Numbered from the whole stretch's first letter, positions 36,154 through 48,518 are shown. The stretch: DNA of 57,237 bases, filler included, from Sphacelaria rigidula (GCA_964200075.2; 4 parts of 4 records of this genome joined end to end with filler, not necessarily neighbours in it), one strand, 5' to 3'. The notes: generated from the sequence alone by a model not told the origin. A program made the numbers and translations.

Positions 36154-36857
36154 AGCCGGTCGCCCCGGTGGCTGAGTTGATACCCTCAAAATCTCCTGGC
36201 GGATGGGTCGTGGGTTCGAATCTCGGATCGACCTGGGTCTTTTCCTCACACAATGCCCAACAGTGGAGAGCGGCTAAGTCGTGTGTACACAACATTCGAC
36301 TTATCCCTTGAAGGACGAACGTAGGTCATTTGTTGGATCGGCATCGATTTCACTTGAACAAGGTATGCACGATCCAGATGGACCACCCTCGCGGTGTAGG
36401 GGTTAAGCGTTGGCCGTGAAGGTAGGGTCACATGCCGAATCCGTATCAATATTCACTCGAAAAAAGTATTCATAAACCAAATGGACTACCTGCACCGCTG
36501 TCTGAGGGTAAACCCTTTCGGGACCGAACTCATGTTTCCGTGAGTCGGCATCATTTTTTTTATCGGAAACGACTGAAGATGATGCCGATTTACGAAGGGC
36601 CCCTACGTCTAAACCACATGTTCCTGCGATTCCGGTACCAAGAGGGTTAACGGTAGACGAGGGAGGGGGACTGCTAAACCCCCCTCGCGATAAAAGATAA
36701 CGGTAAGGAGCGCGGATGGAAGGTGGAAAACGAAAACAAGCATAAAAAAAAAACCCTCATGTGTTGACTTTCCTCTTGCGTGACCCCGGCTGGTGCGCCC
36801 ACATTTACCAAAGAGTGTAGACCGGTTTCCAGATTAGATGGGACAACAACACACATA
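36154..36857 (+). mobile_element. tRNA-derived SINE interrupted by piggyBac-like MITEs
   Basis: Head agccggtcgccccggtggctgagttga (A box) and ggttcgaatc (B box, 36213-36222). The body resumes at ttaacggtagacgaggg...tgaccccggctggtgcgcccacat...gggacaacaacacac, homologous to 12330-12565. Confidence 0.7.
36301..36650. mobile_element. Train of three piggyBac-like MITEs joined at TTAA-like sites
   Basis: ttat-ccc...ggg-ttaa (36301-36406); ttaa...ggg-taaa (36403-36512); taaa-ccctttcgggaccg...cggtaccaagaggg-ttaa (36509-36650). Confidence 0.68.
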
Positions 36858-37048
36858 CTCTGTACTCTGTACTGGGCATCTGTTGCGGACGCCTTCGGTG
36901 GTCACAGGCAAACGACCCCAAAATAGGGTCAAGAAAAAAATCGGACCCAGAAAAAAATCAACATTTCACACAGACGCTATACAAATAACTACTGTATTCG
37001 ACACGGTTTGTTGCCCCGGAACAAAAATATCAAAATATCGCCATCGGG

Positions 37049-37108
37049 TCTAGCCCCCTTTCCGATTCGCTTGGCTTCTTCTAGCCCCCTTTCCGATTCG
37101 CTTGGCTT
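37049..37108. repeat. 31-bp tandem duplication
   Basis: tctagccccctttccgattcgcttggctt at 37049 and 37080. Confidence 0.9.
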
Positions 37109-37562
37109 TGAGGTTTCGAGAATGGCCTCTGGACAGTGATACGGTTGGACAGAAAATGCGGTGTCTGCAGGTATTAATTCGATATCCTGTTCGCTTGGCC
37201 TCCGTACAAGAGTACTGCTTGACAAAAAAATGCTGTGTCTACATGTAGTCGTATGGACTGCAGACGTCGCGTTTTTTTGTCCAACCGTATTTTTGTGCCT
37301 TGGCCATTTTCGGAACCCCGGAGTCAAGCAAAACAAGAACATTGGCTAGACTCCTCTCGGTGGGGTGGTGCAAAGTATCCAAAACTGGAGAAAAAGCCCC
37401 CGGAGAAACTCCAACCGATAAAAACGGTCTCATCAGTGCTCTTCCTCCAATCAGGAGGGTGGCAAGAGTTGAATCGTCACAATCGTTCGCATTCTCAAAG
37501 TTGAATCATTCTTGAATTATCTTGATGAGGCGGGGTCCTACGAACACACACGCATGGATTTA

Positions 37563-37723
37563 GGATTTGTCTTATCGAGACAAAAAAAAGAAGCGAGGAA
37601 CCAAACAAGCATCCAAAAAGATTGAACGTTGATTGCTTTTTCTCACCCGGCGACCAGTCAACTGCTGTTTAACCCTCGTTTCGTTTCTCACTTTTTTTCT
37701 TTTTGTCTCGATAAGGCCATGCC
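37563..37723. mobile_element. Small MITE (possibly Tourist/PIF-like)
   Basis: TIR core cttatcgagacaaaaa / tttttgtctcgataag; flanks tta / ttt. Confidence 0.6.
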
Positions 37724-38926
37724 TTTGAGCGTGTCTTGGCACATATTTTTTGCATCATAAATGTGCGGTGGAAATATTTATTTTGTTCTGATACATCCCA
37801 GAACACGCACACACCACTCAAGATATGCTGCATGCAAGCAGTGCAGACAGTACAGACTGTATTGTATAGTCAGTACACACGTGACCATGAACCGTTTCGC
37901 GAGTTTCACTGTCGTTTCTCGATCGAAATGGTCAAAATTCGCTGGGATCCAACTCGAGAGGAATTAACAAATTTCGCTCAAATCAATTCCACGGCCTCAT
38001 TTTTTTGATCGAAAGATGAGGTGCTGAGACACGCCCGAAGACAGAGCCTCACGTGAAGTGATCGGCCTCCTAATTTCCTGGTCGACACTTGTTGTGGTGA
38101 ACGTCAAAATGGGGGGTACATCTTTTTTCAGCCGAGTGGGGAGATGAGGAAAACAGGTTCGCGCGTACCCCCCAACATGCCTCAAGTTCAATGCAGAGCA
38201 CGGAAACTAACGTTTTTTTGATGGCGACCAGTGCCGTGGCGCTGGCGGGTGTCAACGAGTACCCCCCTGTTGTCCACAGTTTTATTTGGGGTGGGGGTAT
38301 GCCCCCGCATCTTTACCGAGTATGTGTGTTATCCCCCTTTGACCACCTCGAATCGCTCTGAAAGTTGGTCGAAGCGTCGCCTTTGAAGCGCCCGACCACC
38401 AACCATGGAGGTTGCTCCCGACAAAATCCATATCACCACAAATTGACACATTGAGCACAACCAAAGATAAAAAGGATACTTGGCATGTGGAGATGCGTGG
38501 AAATGGGCGGCACAACCAAAGATCCAAACATGGGACAACCTTACGCTTAACTCTTCGACGAGAGTAGGTTAATTTCACCTGATACGAGGATAAATAATCC
38601 AGATGGACTACCATCGAGGTCTAAGGAATAAAGACGCGTTGAAACGCACCGCATAACCGAAGATTCAAACATGGCACAGGTTATGTGTAGATAGGGAGCA
38701 GGGCAGGACCCGTCTTGACCCGTTGGCTCCCAGCCTCGCCTCGGAACAGTTTCATCTGCTGCTGCCGACGTCCAGGAACATTGAAAGGTTTCCAGAGGAC
38801 GAGGCGTAGATTTATGAAGGGAAGGTGGGTGCCTGTTCGGAGCACAGCCGAAAAGCCCACGAAGTCAAGCATAAGTGTATGAAAGTTTCCCGCGGAAAGT
38901 TCTTAGCCAAGAACGAGACCCGAGAG

Positions 38927-40226
38927 TAGAGCCGAGTATCATATCAACTTTTCGAGATATAGTGTACGAGTATCTCTATTACCCCTCCCGAAAAAGGTGA
39001 TATGTCGTAACAGTTTATATATTCGTCGTCATGTTCATATACCCCCCATTTTTCCATACATCGCTATGAATCTGATATATTTAGGGTATATGATATATAG
39101 GGGTATATAGACGATATATATATACTATACATATACTATATATTACGTGATTTCTGGCCTGTGTGACGTGTATCACCTGGCATGTGACCTATTTAACCTA
39201 TGTGGAACATAATACTTTTACATATATAGTCCGACCTTCAGGGCATGTCACAGGTCAGGCGGCAGGCGGATATTATGATACAATGCTCCTTCGGCCGATT
39301 GCAACTGGACGAACCCCGACCGTGAAATCAAGTCAAATAAAGAAAAACTGCATCAAATCAAAACATCGAAAGTTCAGGTGCAAGGGAAGACCCCTGGAAG
39401 CTCGATTCACCGGGCACGGAGTTGCACTACTCCACACCCTGGACAATATATGGTCAAAAGATGCAATAGACAAGAAGTGTACTGCACAAAGTATAGGCCT
39501 ATTGTAACTACTGCCGGCCGACAAAGTTGCTGTAGGCCTATACTTTATGCAGTACGTCTCTTGTCTAATGCAGCTATTGACCATATAGTGGCCAAGGCGT
39601 GCACTACTGCGAAACCCCGAGAAAATAAATTTCACGCCACCCGCTAGATACCTCCCGCTCCCCTCTCGTTACGGGAAGCACGTGCCGATCCTCATTCGGT
39701 AGTCTCTACTGCTTTTGCGCTAATTATTTTGCAATAACACGGCCGTGGAGGACTGCAATTACCACAGATGCTGGTTAGAGTGCAGGAAAATGATGTTTAC
39801 GGCGTTGTCGTCTGAAAGACTCGCGAGTTTCGCGGTGATGGTGTTCCCTGCTACTTGATAGCGTCAAAACTTCACGTCAGCAATAAGAGTCTGATGGACG
39901 TGTGCGTCCCCATTTGTGTAAAGTAGGCGGTCCAAGTTATTGCGCACTGTATAGCACATTGCATCGATGAAAGCCGATATCTTACATGCATCACGTGATG
40001 CAGTTATATATACAGTGTAGATCACCTGATATGGGCTTATATAAGCAACAAACTGTTCAGTATCCCCTGATATAGGCCTACATATCATATACCACGTATC
40101 ATATACCCTTCTAGTCACATTTTGCTGAGGAGGCTCCATATAGGGTATATGATATAAGGTCATGAAAGATATCATTTAGTGTAGGAGGGTATATATACGC
40201 TAGGCCTATATCTATACCAGGCTCTA
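38927..40226. mobile_element. Non-autonomous hAT element (1.3 kb)
   Basis: Perfect 8-bp TSD cccgagag at 38919-38926 and 40227-40234. TIRs tagagccgagtat / ataccaggctcta. TATA-rich subterminal regions. Confidence 0.9.
39433..39601. mobile_element. Hairpin MITE nested in the hAT element
   Basis: ~70-bp imperfect inverted arms (cacaccctggacaatatatggtcaa... / ...ttgaccatatagtggccaaggcgtg). Flanks cactactc / cactactg match at 7/8. Confidence 0.82.
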
Positions 40227-42905
40227 CCCGAGAGGAAAGCAGTGTCCACGTTGATACTTTTGATTAGTCAAAATGGTCACCATGTTCCCGCTCAGATGGA
40301 CTCCAGATGAACTACCTTGTGGCGATGCCGTGTTTAACCGTTTGGGTGATTGCCGCTGAACCGTGAAGAACAGAGGGAAAAGGCGTGTGCTATTTACTCT
40401 GCTCGTAGTCTTTGCCGCATGCCTGGTCCCTCGTGTTGCCAGGAGAACCTCAGGTTGTAGTGTTATTGTGGAGTACTAAGCGAAGACATCAGGGGTGTGC
40501 CTTAGACTGTGATCAGTGGAGAACGATGGCGCGCTGACTTTTTTACCCTTGTGTTCAGCAACGGATGATGGGAAATGCTCGCATGAACGGTGGGGTAGCA
40601 ACAGAAGCTGTGGGAGCGGTACAGAGGCGGCAAAAAAGGGAACACAGTTGAGACGATTTAATGATTGCGCAAGATCAAAACATGCTCCCGGTGTGCCAAC
40701 CCTGCTGCGAACGTAGACTGTTCGGTGGAGAGCTCTGGCACACCGACTGTTTCTTACCATTGCACTCAGCCACTCATGAAAAAAGTTCGTATGTATCCAC
40801 GGTGAAGTAGCTGCAGCAGTGCACGCAGTAAAAGAGGGAGTACAACCAAGCGGTTTGACCTGTGTGCAAGATGAAAACACACTCGACGTGTGCCAACCCT
40901 GCCCCGAACGCGCAAGGAATGCTGAAGAAGTATAGGTGGGCATAGTTCACGTGAGGTCACCCGCGGGGGGTTCGTGGTCAAGGGACTGACAGCATAATCT
41001 ATTGTCCAGCGTGTCCAAGCGTCACATACATGGTCTTGACCACCAATGATCTATTCGCGTGTCATCACATCATCACGTTTTTAATATAGTGTCGGAAAAC
41101 GTTTTTTTAAATCTTAGAGTCAGAGTGGAAGGAAAAATAGCCGGTAACGGTGCACTTTCCGCTATAAAGTGTCTTTAGAGCGATTTTCATAGTTCACAGC
41201 GGAACGAAGGAGAACGCCCACCTTCACCACCACGATCACAACCAGTTCAAAATCAATATACCCTATCAAGCTAAGTGAGACATCTATCATACCTGTAATC
41301 CTCATCACAGAGGACCATCCGCACAGTAGAAACGCTTTGCATCGCAACCAGAAGATCTCTCTGACGCTGCCACGGTGGCATCAACATTCGCTTGGTTACG
41401 ATGAGTGAAAATTCAAATGCTCGGTTGGGTGCACTTCCTTATTTTTGCCAGCTTCAGCTGGCAGAAGACGGTGTAGACGATTCGCAGTCTACAACGCATA
41501 AGCAGTACTACACCTGGCTACATCGCCATTCCGTTAGAGTTCATGACGTCTTGCACCACCGTTACGGGTGGCATGTTGGGAAATCATCACGATGCGACCT
41601 TGTCTGTTGTTTCAAAGTGCTGCTGACTCTTGTGCTGTGCTACTGTACATTTGGCTGTACGGTATCGCCCTAGTTCACCGTACTGCCATGTACTGTTGTT
41701 GTACTGAAGGATTCTCCATTGCACTCTCTGTACTGCACGGGCTGTACTCTACACTGCGCAGCACCACAGTACCCTGTGATGCGCCGTGGTGGATAGAAGT
41801 ACTACAGGTGCAATGGAGCTTCATGTACGGTACGTACTGTGCCGCAGGGTATGGTACAGTCAATGCTTTGTTTAGCTATGCATTTTCGGACTCCACGCAG
41901 GTCGATCGCACGTTTGGCGGCACAACATGGGGTCAATCACGGCGAAGAAAAGAACTCCACATCAAGCCACGTCACATCAGCTTTCGCTACGAACTCTTCA
42001 GCGTCCACTCTGAAGTTTCAGCGCTTCCACTTTGCACTCTGACTCCACGATGAAAAAATATATTTTCCAAAACTCTCTAATATCTCTTTTTTTTTGCCCC
42101 AAATAAGAAAAGGCGGGCGTGTTGTCGTGATCATAAAACTGTGAAGCGTCACACACTCATTAACATCATCGCAATCTTATTTTCATTTTTTTATTTCCGT
42201 CGATCGAGATGGGACGCTGGGTGTATGGGATACACTTTGTTCCTGCGTTGATTCTAAGCGGTCGGCGAGGAGGCGGCCGTATCACCTCTTCTGCTGCACC
42301 ATCTCGAGGCAATCTGCTGTGGCACCATAACTCCTCTGCTGCAAGTGCTTTCGCGCCTGCGTCGATCAGGGTGAAACGCATTGTTGAAGGCGACACGTAT
42401 GCTACTACCGACGACTTCACAACGACCGGTTTAAGTTCCCTTGATAATTTACAATAACTGAGAAAAGCAGCTGGCACGAGGAGAAGAAACGGCCTAGCCT
42501 TACCGAACCGGAACTTCGCCACACTGGACTGGAAAGCAGTGTTGCACATCGAATATCGATAATCGATATGATTTCGATTAATATAGGTGATATGCCATAT
42601 CGGTATCGGAACGTGAAAAACCGATAAATGTGATCTTTATCAATATCGAATATCGATATTCTCGATATATATATATATATATACTCTTCACATGAGCTCA
42701 ATTTCTCGAAACCGTCGTCACAGTAAACGCAGGGGGTGGTATTCCCCGAACGGCAGATCCCCAGTCGACAACTCTTGCAGCCCCCCATCCCTCACTCCAC
42801 AAGCTCCCCTTGACATTGAGTTTGCGCATGTTCGTTTTGACACCTTTTTCTTTTCTAATGAATGAGCAGAGTCGAGGTATGCGCTCCTTCGATCGGAACA
42901 CACGG

Positions 42906-43005
42906 NNNNNNNNNNNNNNNNNNNNNNNNNNNNNNNNNNNNNNNNNNNNTTAATTAATTAANNNNNNNNNNNNNNNNNNNNNNNNNNNNNNNNNNNNNNN
43001 NNNNN
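42906..43005. other. Artificial scaffold linker (N44-TTAATTAATTAA-N44)
   Basis: Same 100-bp structure. Confidence 0.98.
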
Positions 43006-43029
43006 TGTACCCATTCCCCCCCTCTCTTA

Positions 43030-43700
43030 TGCTCCGTCTCGAAAGGGATGCGTGGTCAATGGTCAAATGACTAAGGCAAGCAACAAATGAGTACGCCCCT
43101 CTCTTTGTGGTCGTTTTGTTGTTTTGTATTTTTTCTGTTTCGATGGCTTTTCACCCGAAGTATGTCATGTCCCGGGTCGGCGTGGGCGTCACGCCGCCGA
43201 CTCCACGTACTGATCTGCAGTACGGTCGCGCCCACGGAAGACCGAAAGCTAAACACGACAGAAGATCAACAGCAGAAAGAGTTCGCCCCGCCGCCTGCCG
43301 CTGTACCCGCCCCCCCTCCCCCCCCCTCTTCCTGTCATTCACAATGGTCAAACGACTAAGGCAAGCAACAAATGAGGACGCCCCCCTCCCCCCTCTTCCT
43401 GTTGTAGCTTTGTTGTTTTGTATTTTTTCGGTTTTGATGGGTTCTTACTCGAAGTATGTCATGTCCCGCGCCAGCGTGGGCGTGACGCCGCCGACTCCAC
43501 GCACTGATCTACAGCACGGTCGCGCCCGAGCGAGGCCGAAAGCTGAACACGGCAGAAGAACAACAGCAGCAAGTACCCGCCGAGAGGTCGCCCCGCCCCC
43601 CTTCTGTTCCAGCTGTATTGTTTTATATTTTTTCGGTTTTGATGGGTTTTCACCCTTTTTATATTATGTCCCGCGCCAGCTTGGGCGTGACGCTGCCGGT
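43030..43700 (+). repeat. Tandem ~285-bp unit (two copies plus a partial third); the two full units start with the LINE 3' end
   Basis: LINE ends at 43030-43099 and 43341-43393. The segment ...ttttgtattttt...tatgtcatgtcccg...ggcgtgacgccg... recurs near 43110, 43405 and 43615. Confidence 0.85.
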
Positions 43701-44729
43701 GTGGCCACCCGAATAGAACAGGCGTCCAATCATCTCAATCACCATGCGCATTGTGGCAGCTGGAACATTAGCTACACTGGAAACGACGAGACGACCCGTG
43801 GGTTACCATCCCCACATCGGGCGACGGCACCACCAGTATCCTTTGTCTATCACCACTCTCCTCCAGCTGTGGATTTGATCTACTGTCAGAGATCTGCTGA
43901 TGGTGCGTATTTGATCATGGGCATGCTTCCCTTCTGCTGAAATGTAGCATGGTTGTATCCGCTAGCTAGCGTGCACGAGCTTTCAGTAGTGGTACAAGAC
44001 TCTTCACTCTGCACCATACACGAGCACTACGGCAGGAGAGACGAGGGGAGCGGCAAAGGCGGGGTCGCATAGGAACACGGGATACGATGTACGTGTCAAC
44101 TATTATAGTATAGCTGAACCAGATATTTAAACCAAGGAGTAAATCAGAAAAATTACAGGGTTAGACGTATTAGCGCTCATGTCTCACCCCGGCACAGCTT
44201 ACGAGTGAGAAGTTTTGCTGAAGCGGTGCGGTTGTCAGAGAGCTGAATCGCGAACCTTCTCTCAAGACCTCATCCTTCGTTCAGCGTGCTCAGCTGGAGC
44301 CCTTGTCGAAGCCTGTCGGGGTGTGTCTAGAGAGCAGTGCTAGATGTTCGTCTGGAGTTTTCTTATTTTTCGTGAAGATTTGAATCGACGATGTTCATAT
44401 GTTATCATTTCGTACTCGATTTCATGTCAATTCTCCCTCTTTTCTCAAAGTTTGCTTTTGGCGAGTGTTCCCCTTAATACTACCTCGGGTATATTCATAC
44501 CGTGACACGGTTGGATTCGTAGCGAACACGTTGACGTGAGAGATCAATCAATCAGTCATTCAACCATTTTCTGGAAGATAACAGCGTGTACATTTGATTT
44601 GCCATACTCGGCTTTTCCCCCGCCACACATTCGCCCCCCCCCCCCCCCCGGGCAATGATCATATGACTATGGCATGCAAGATCATGAGAACGCCCCTTCC
44701 CTTCCTCGGGCCGAGTGTGTGCTCTGATG

Positions 44730-45102
44730 TTTTTTTTTCTCACACTTTGAACCCCTCCCCTTCCCCGGGATGAGTCCGTGGTCTCAAGGGACCAATCCAT
44801 CTCTCCCCCGGTATGATGTAATGGCGTAATGGTGTAATGGTGTAATGGTCTCAAGGGATCAACTCATATCTCCTCCGGTACATGGCTTGCATTTTGGTAT
44901 CGCGGATTGGATCATGACTGTAACACTCCCGCACCGCGTCAACTCTCGCCAAGTGAACAACTTTATTTGCCACTTACGTCCCCCCGTTTTTATTGACGGA
45001 CGTCGGATATTTGTAAAAACAAATAAGTGCGTATGGCGGGAATCGAAACCGCACACTTCCGACCTAATACGCTTCGATTGCAGTAATTAGACTACCTGGG
45101 CG
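44730..45102 (-). mobile_element. tRNA-derived SINE with A-rich tail (other body copies at 6609-6750 and 7140-7290)
   Basis: On the minus strand: cgcccaggtagtctaattac (A-box-like), gtttcgattcc (B-box-like), and a body ending cccttgagaccacgg...gggaggggttcaaagtgtgag + A9. Confidence 0.7.
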
Positions 45103-45715
45103 CGGCGACTCCACTGCAAGTAGATGGCCGAAACTTGGGATAAACACATCTTCCATGCAAATCGGGTCAAACCCCGTGGCGCTTTTGCCACGTAGACGTA
45201 TTACCAGTTTGGTCGAAGAGTCCCGACCAATTTTCGTCGATACGATCAAATATGGGACTGATGTCACCACATTCTTTCTTCGGATATATGATGTATTAAC
45301 ACACCACTGAGGGCCCAAGATTCCAGGAATGACATGCATAAGAATTCAGAAAACATTGATAAGCATATCTTCGGAGGATGGGCTTACATGGTTCGCCCAA
45401 CAACGAGTAAATCGCCTCCCCCGGACGTTTTATTTGTGAGGGGAGGAGGCATCTACCGTTTCGACTCACTGCAGAGATCTGGCGATGTGCCTGGCCACGT
45501 CAGATTATCAAGTAATTTTTTCTCGCAAATTCATGACATTGTAATCCGCTCGCATCCTCACCGTGCGACAACTAACACTCCCCCGTCAGAGTGCTCAAAG
45601 GGACGCTAAAGAATTTCAAAGGGTGGTTTTAGTATGGGGTAGCATCCGGGGTAAGGTGCTTTGGGATGTCCATACCACAGGTATCCATCCTGGAATATTT
45701 TGCACTTTTAAACCA

Positions 45716-45773
45716 ATGTACCGCGCAGATATCGGAACGGCTTTTAATGTGAAGACAACAACAACAACAACAA
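45716..45773 (+). repeat. Retroposon-like 3' end with (CAA)n tail (reverse copy at ~36093-36150)
   Basis: cgcagatatcggaa(c/t)gg(c/t)ttt(t/c)aatg(t/c)gaagacaacaacaac is present in both copies. Confidence 0.7.
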
Positions 45774-47000
45774 TGCTCGATACGGAAGGTACTGGAAGAT
45801 ATCAAGACACGTTGTGATGTCGGTGCCTGATATTCCAGGTACCCTCGACTACTTGGTGCCTTCGACATTCGATATCTCACGTACTCTGAAATACTAAGAT
45901 ATTCTGCAGATACCATGCGGCACACGGTACTGCATATACTGTGAAAACTCAGGGTAGTGCCGAGAGGTATGTAAGCCACAGAATCTTCAACCCCGTCCGC
46001 GTCCAAGTAGTCTCAGTGCTTTCGTACGTTCTCGGGAGTGCCGGCACACCTTTAGCACGATTAAATGTTGTGCTGCACATAATTCTAGCCGGACGGTGCT
46101 GTATGGAATGCATGCCAGAATGCTCGGTTCTTCGGGCAGTCGGTACCCCAGGTTATCTGGAATACTCGGTGCCTCCGGCGGTTGATACTCCAAGCACCGT
46201 GGAATAGTTAATGCTTGACGCTTGATGCTGCATGCGCCCTTGAGAAATAAGATTTCAGTACCCGGGGTTCGATGCCCTGCCCTTACCACCCGCGAAGGAC
46301 TTAGTCCGCCCAGATGGAAAGGAGGGGGGCCGGCGCAAGCTGATCGGGCAGGGAGAAGACGTTATAAAATATCTGTCACGTGCTCCGGAGTATCGGGTTC
46401 TACTCGCAAAAGGGAAAGCACAGGAAATGACACCCCTCACCCCCAGGTGAGGATGTGTGGGGGGGATGGTACGAACTACACGAACCAAAAGGGTGCTGTG
46501 CGTACTTCCCGGTATTGTTTTTCATGTGTCAAATATAATCGTCGTGAGCAGGCGACAAGCCGAAACGACACGTGGCAAGCACTGTGCGTGTTCACATTAC
46601 ATGGCCCGACTATCGTTTTTCCTCCTCCTTTTTTTCGCCTCTTTTTGTTTCTTGAAAAAATATGGAGGTATCTACAAACATGTTTCAACCACAACAACGT
46701 TTCTTTCAAACTTGTGTGTTGAAAAATGCATAAGAAGTCATGATCAAACGCCATGTGGGGGCGATATAGGTGCCTACCGTATACCACAACAGCAGCAAAC
46801 CTCACTCTCAAAGTCAAGTGCTATCGAACACCAGCAGATAAGACCGATGCAATCAAAGCCGACACTCACGTTGCCGGAGATGTGGCTCGCTGCGTCCTCA
46901 GCCAGTCTCCAACATGTTTCGCTTTCGCCCGCGCGTCTTCACCCGCCACAGACTCCTTGTCCCCTGAGGATGGCCGGGGGACAGCAGGCGCAAGGGGACG

Positions 47001-48010
47001 CGGGGAGGGGGGGTACTCATTTGTTGCTTGCCTTCGTCGTTTGCCATTGACCACGCGCCCCTTTCAAGACGGAGCACCGTTCGTAGTCCTAATAGAGACG
47101 CCTCCAACATTCCAGCGCTCATTGCGCTTTATCCATACCCCACACTGGAACCTCCTACATATCTTATCCTCGTCCTATTTCGCCGTCTGTGGCCACCATC
47201 TATCTCCTAGTGCAGTCATCGCCTTTTCGTACTGTCTAACGCATCAAATGATTTTACGTCACTTTCGCCTACTACCCACATTTCCGTCTCTGATATGCCC
47301 CGTTCCTCCGCGTGTAGTTCGCATCCTGCCACTTTATGGGTTCTATTCTCTATTGCTTTGCCACAGGGGCAATTTTATGCATATTTTCCCTCCTCCACCC
47401 TGCCCGTTCGTCCTTTTCTTCCATTACAGCCCCATCAAGTATGACTGGAAATCGCTTTCTCTGCATATTCTTCACGATATATTGCCATTTCGATTTTTCA
47501 TGTCTGCTTCAAGTGAGTGCATTCCCAATTCTGCTCTCAATGCTTTATATTACTCGTCGTTTGTGAGCATCCAAGTATTTTCTTAGCTGCTGTCATCTGT
47601 ACTGTTCCCAACTTCTTTACCAACTTCGCTTTTCCCTCCCATACTCCTCCTGCATGTTTTAGCTCTGGTACAATCACACTCATCAGGATAAATATCTTAT
47701 TCCTAGTATCCAGGTGCGAGTCTCTGAGAATCACGTCCACCCTGCCTATTTGTACATTTCCTTTTCTATTACTTTAGTCATGTGTGCACCCTAATAACAT
47801 TATTTTAGATCTCGACGCCAAGGTATGTATACTGGTCTACGATCGGCAGTTCTTCTTTTTCCCACTTCCATTTGAACTCCATCGGGTTCTTCTAATCTTC
47901 GTTACATACCAATACCGCACATTTGTTGACGTTCGCTGTCAATCTCCATTTCCTAGTGTATTCTAGCGCCTGCTCTATGTGTTTCTGAAATCCCTCTGGT
48001 GTTTGTAATC
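47001..48010 (-). mobile_element. 5'-truncated, decayed LINE (non-LTR retrotransposon) ORF2 3' portion ending in a C-rich tail
   Basis: Translates with stops and frameshifts. RT C-terminal region: TPEGFQKHIEQALEYTRKWRLTANVNKCAV...YTYLGVEI and IVPELKHAGGVWEG...KKLGTVQMTAAKKILGC. CCHC knuckle: CPCGKAIENRTHKVAGC. Terminus: ...NG(Q)TTKASNK* gtac cccc. Confidence 0.9.
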
Positions 48011-48035
48011 TGGCAGGGGGAGGGGGGAGGGAGGC

Positions 48036-48518
48036 GGGGGGGTGTACTCATGATCTTGCACACCTTAGTCATAGGACCATTAACCTCGCATCCCTACAAA
48101 GCCGGGACGGAGCACGTCGGGTTTTAGCCGGACCAGGCTCGCAGTCAATCACTCAGCGCGAACTACCGCGATGTGTTCGGCGAGTCGCGTGACGGGTGAG
48201 CTTCATCCTGCTAAGATTGTTCGGCCCGAAATGTACTGAATATCTTGCATATGGATGACAGCCTCCAATTGCTTCATTTTCTGGTATCGCCACTTCCAGA
48301 GACAGCCACGGCCCACACATCGTCTCATGGGTGTCTCACCATCTACACACTACGTCGTATGATCATACCCTTTGCGCGGAATGAAGGTTCTCCCACCCCG
48401 CACAACATGATGTAGCTCGACCACCATCATGGTTACCAGAAAAAAGAAGCAAGCGCAAAACAATTACGCCGTGAGTGGCGCGTTTTGCAGCGCCGTTGCC
48501 AACCGACGCCAACCCCAT
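48036..48518 (-). mobile_element. ~500-nt SINE-like element directly upstream of the LINE remnant
   Basis: Full-length family copy; G-rich tracts at 48016-48042 and 48519-48555. Confidence 0.87.

Noticed and set aside
36154-36230. Functional tRNA gene
   Set aside because: A and B boxes are present, but there is no proper acceptor or anticodon stem; it behaves as a SINE head.
37405-37472. Hammerhead-like ctgatgagaccg...cggt on the minus strand
   Set aside because: The required GAAA core is absent (ggag) and stems I and III cannot be placed correctly; ctgatga at ~10634 fails the same way.
40400-40940. Degenerate EsV-1-7-like Cys/His repeats
   Set aside because: Only a vague KCSHE-like word; the repeat spacing and motif cannot be recovered.
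43107-43940. 277-aa ORF with an internal repeat
   Set aside because: Arises from the tandem repeat unit; no protein-like motif.
46753-47586. 277-aa plus-strand ORF
   Set aside because: Largely antisense to the LINE remnant.
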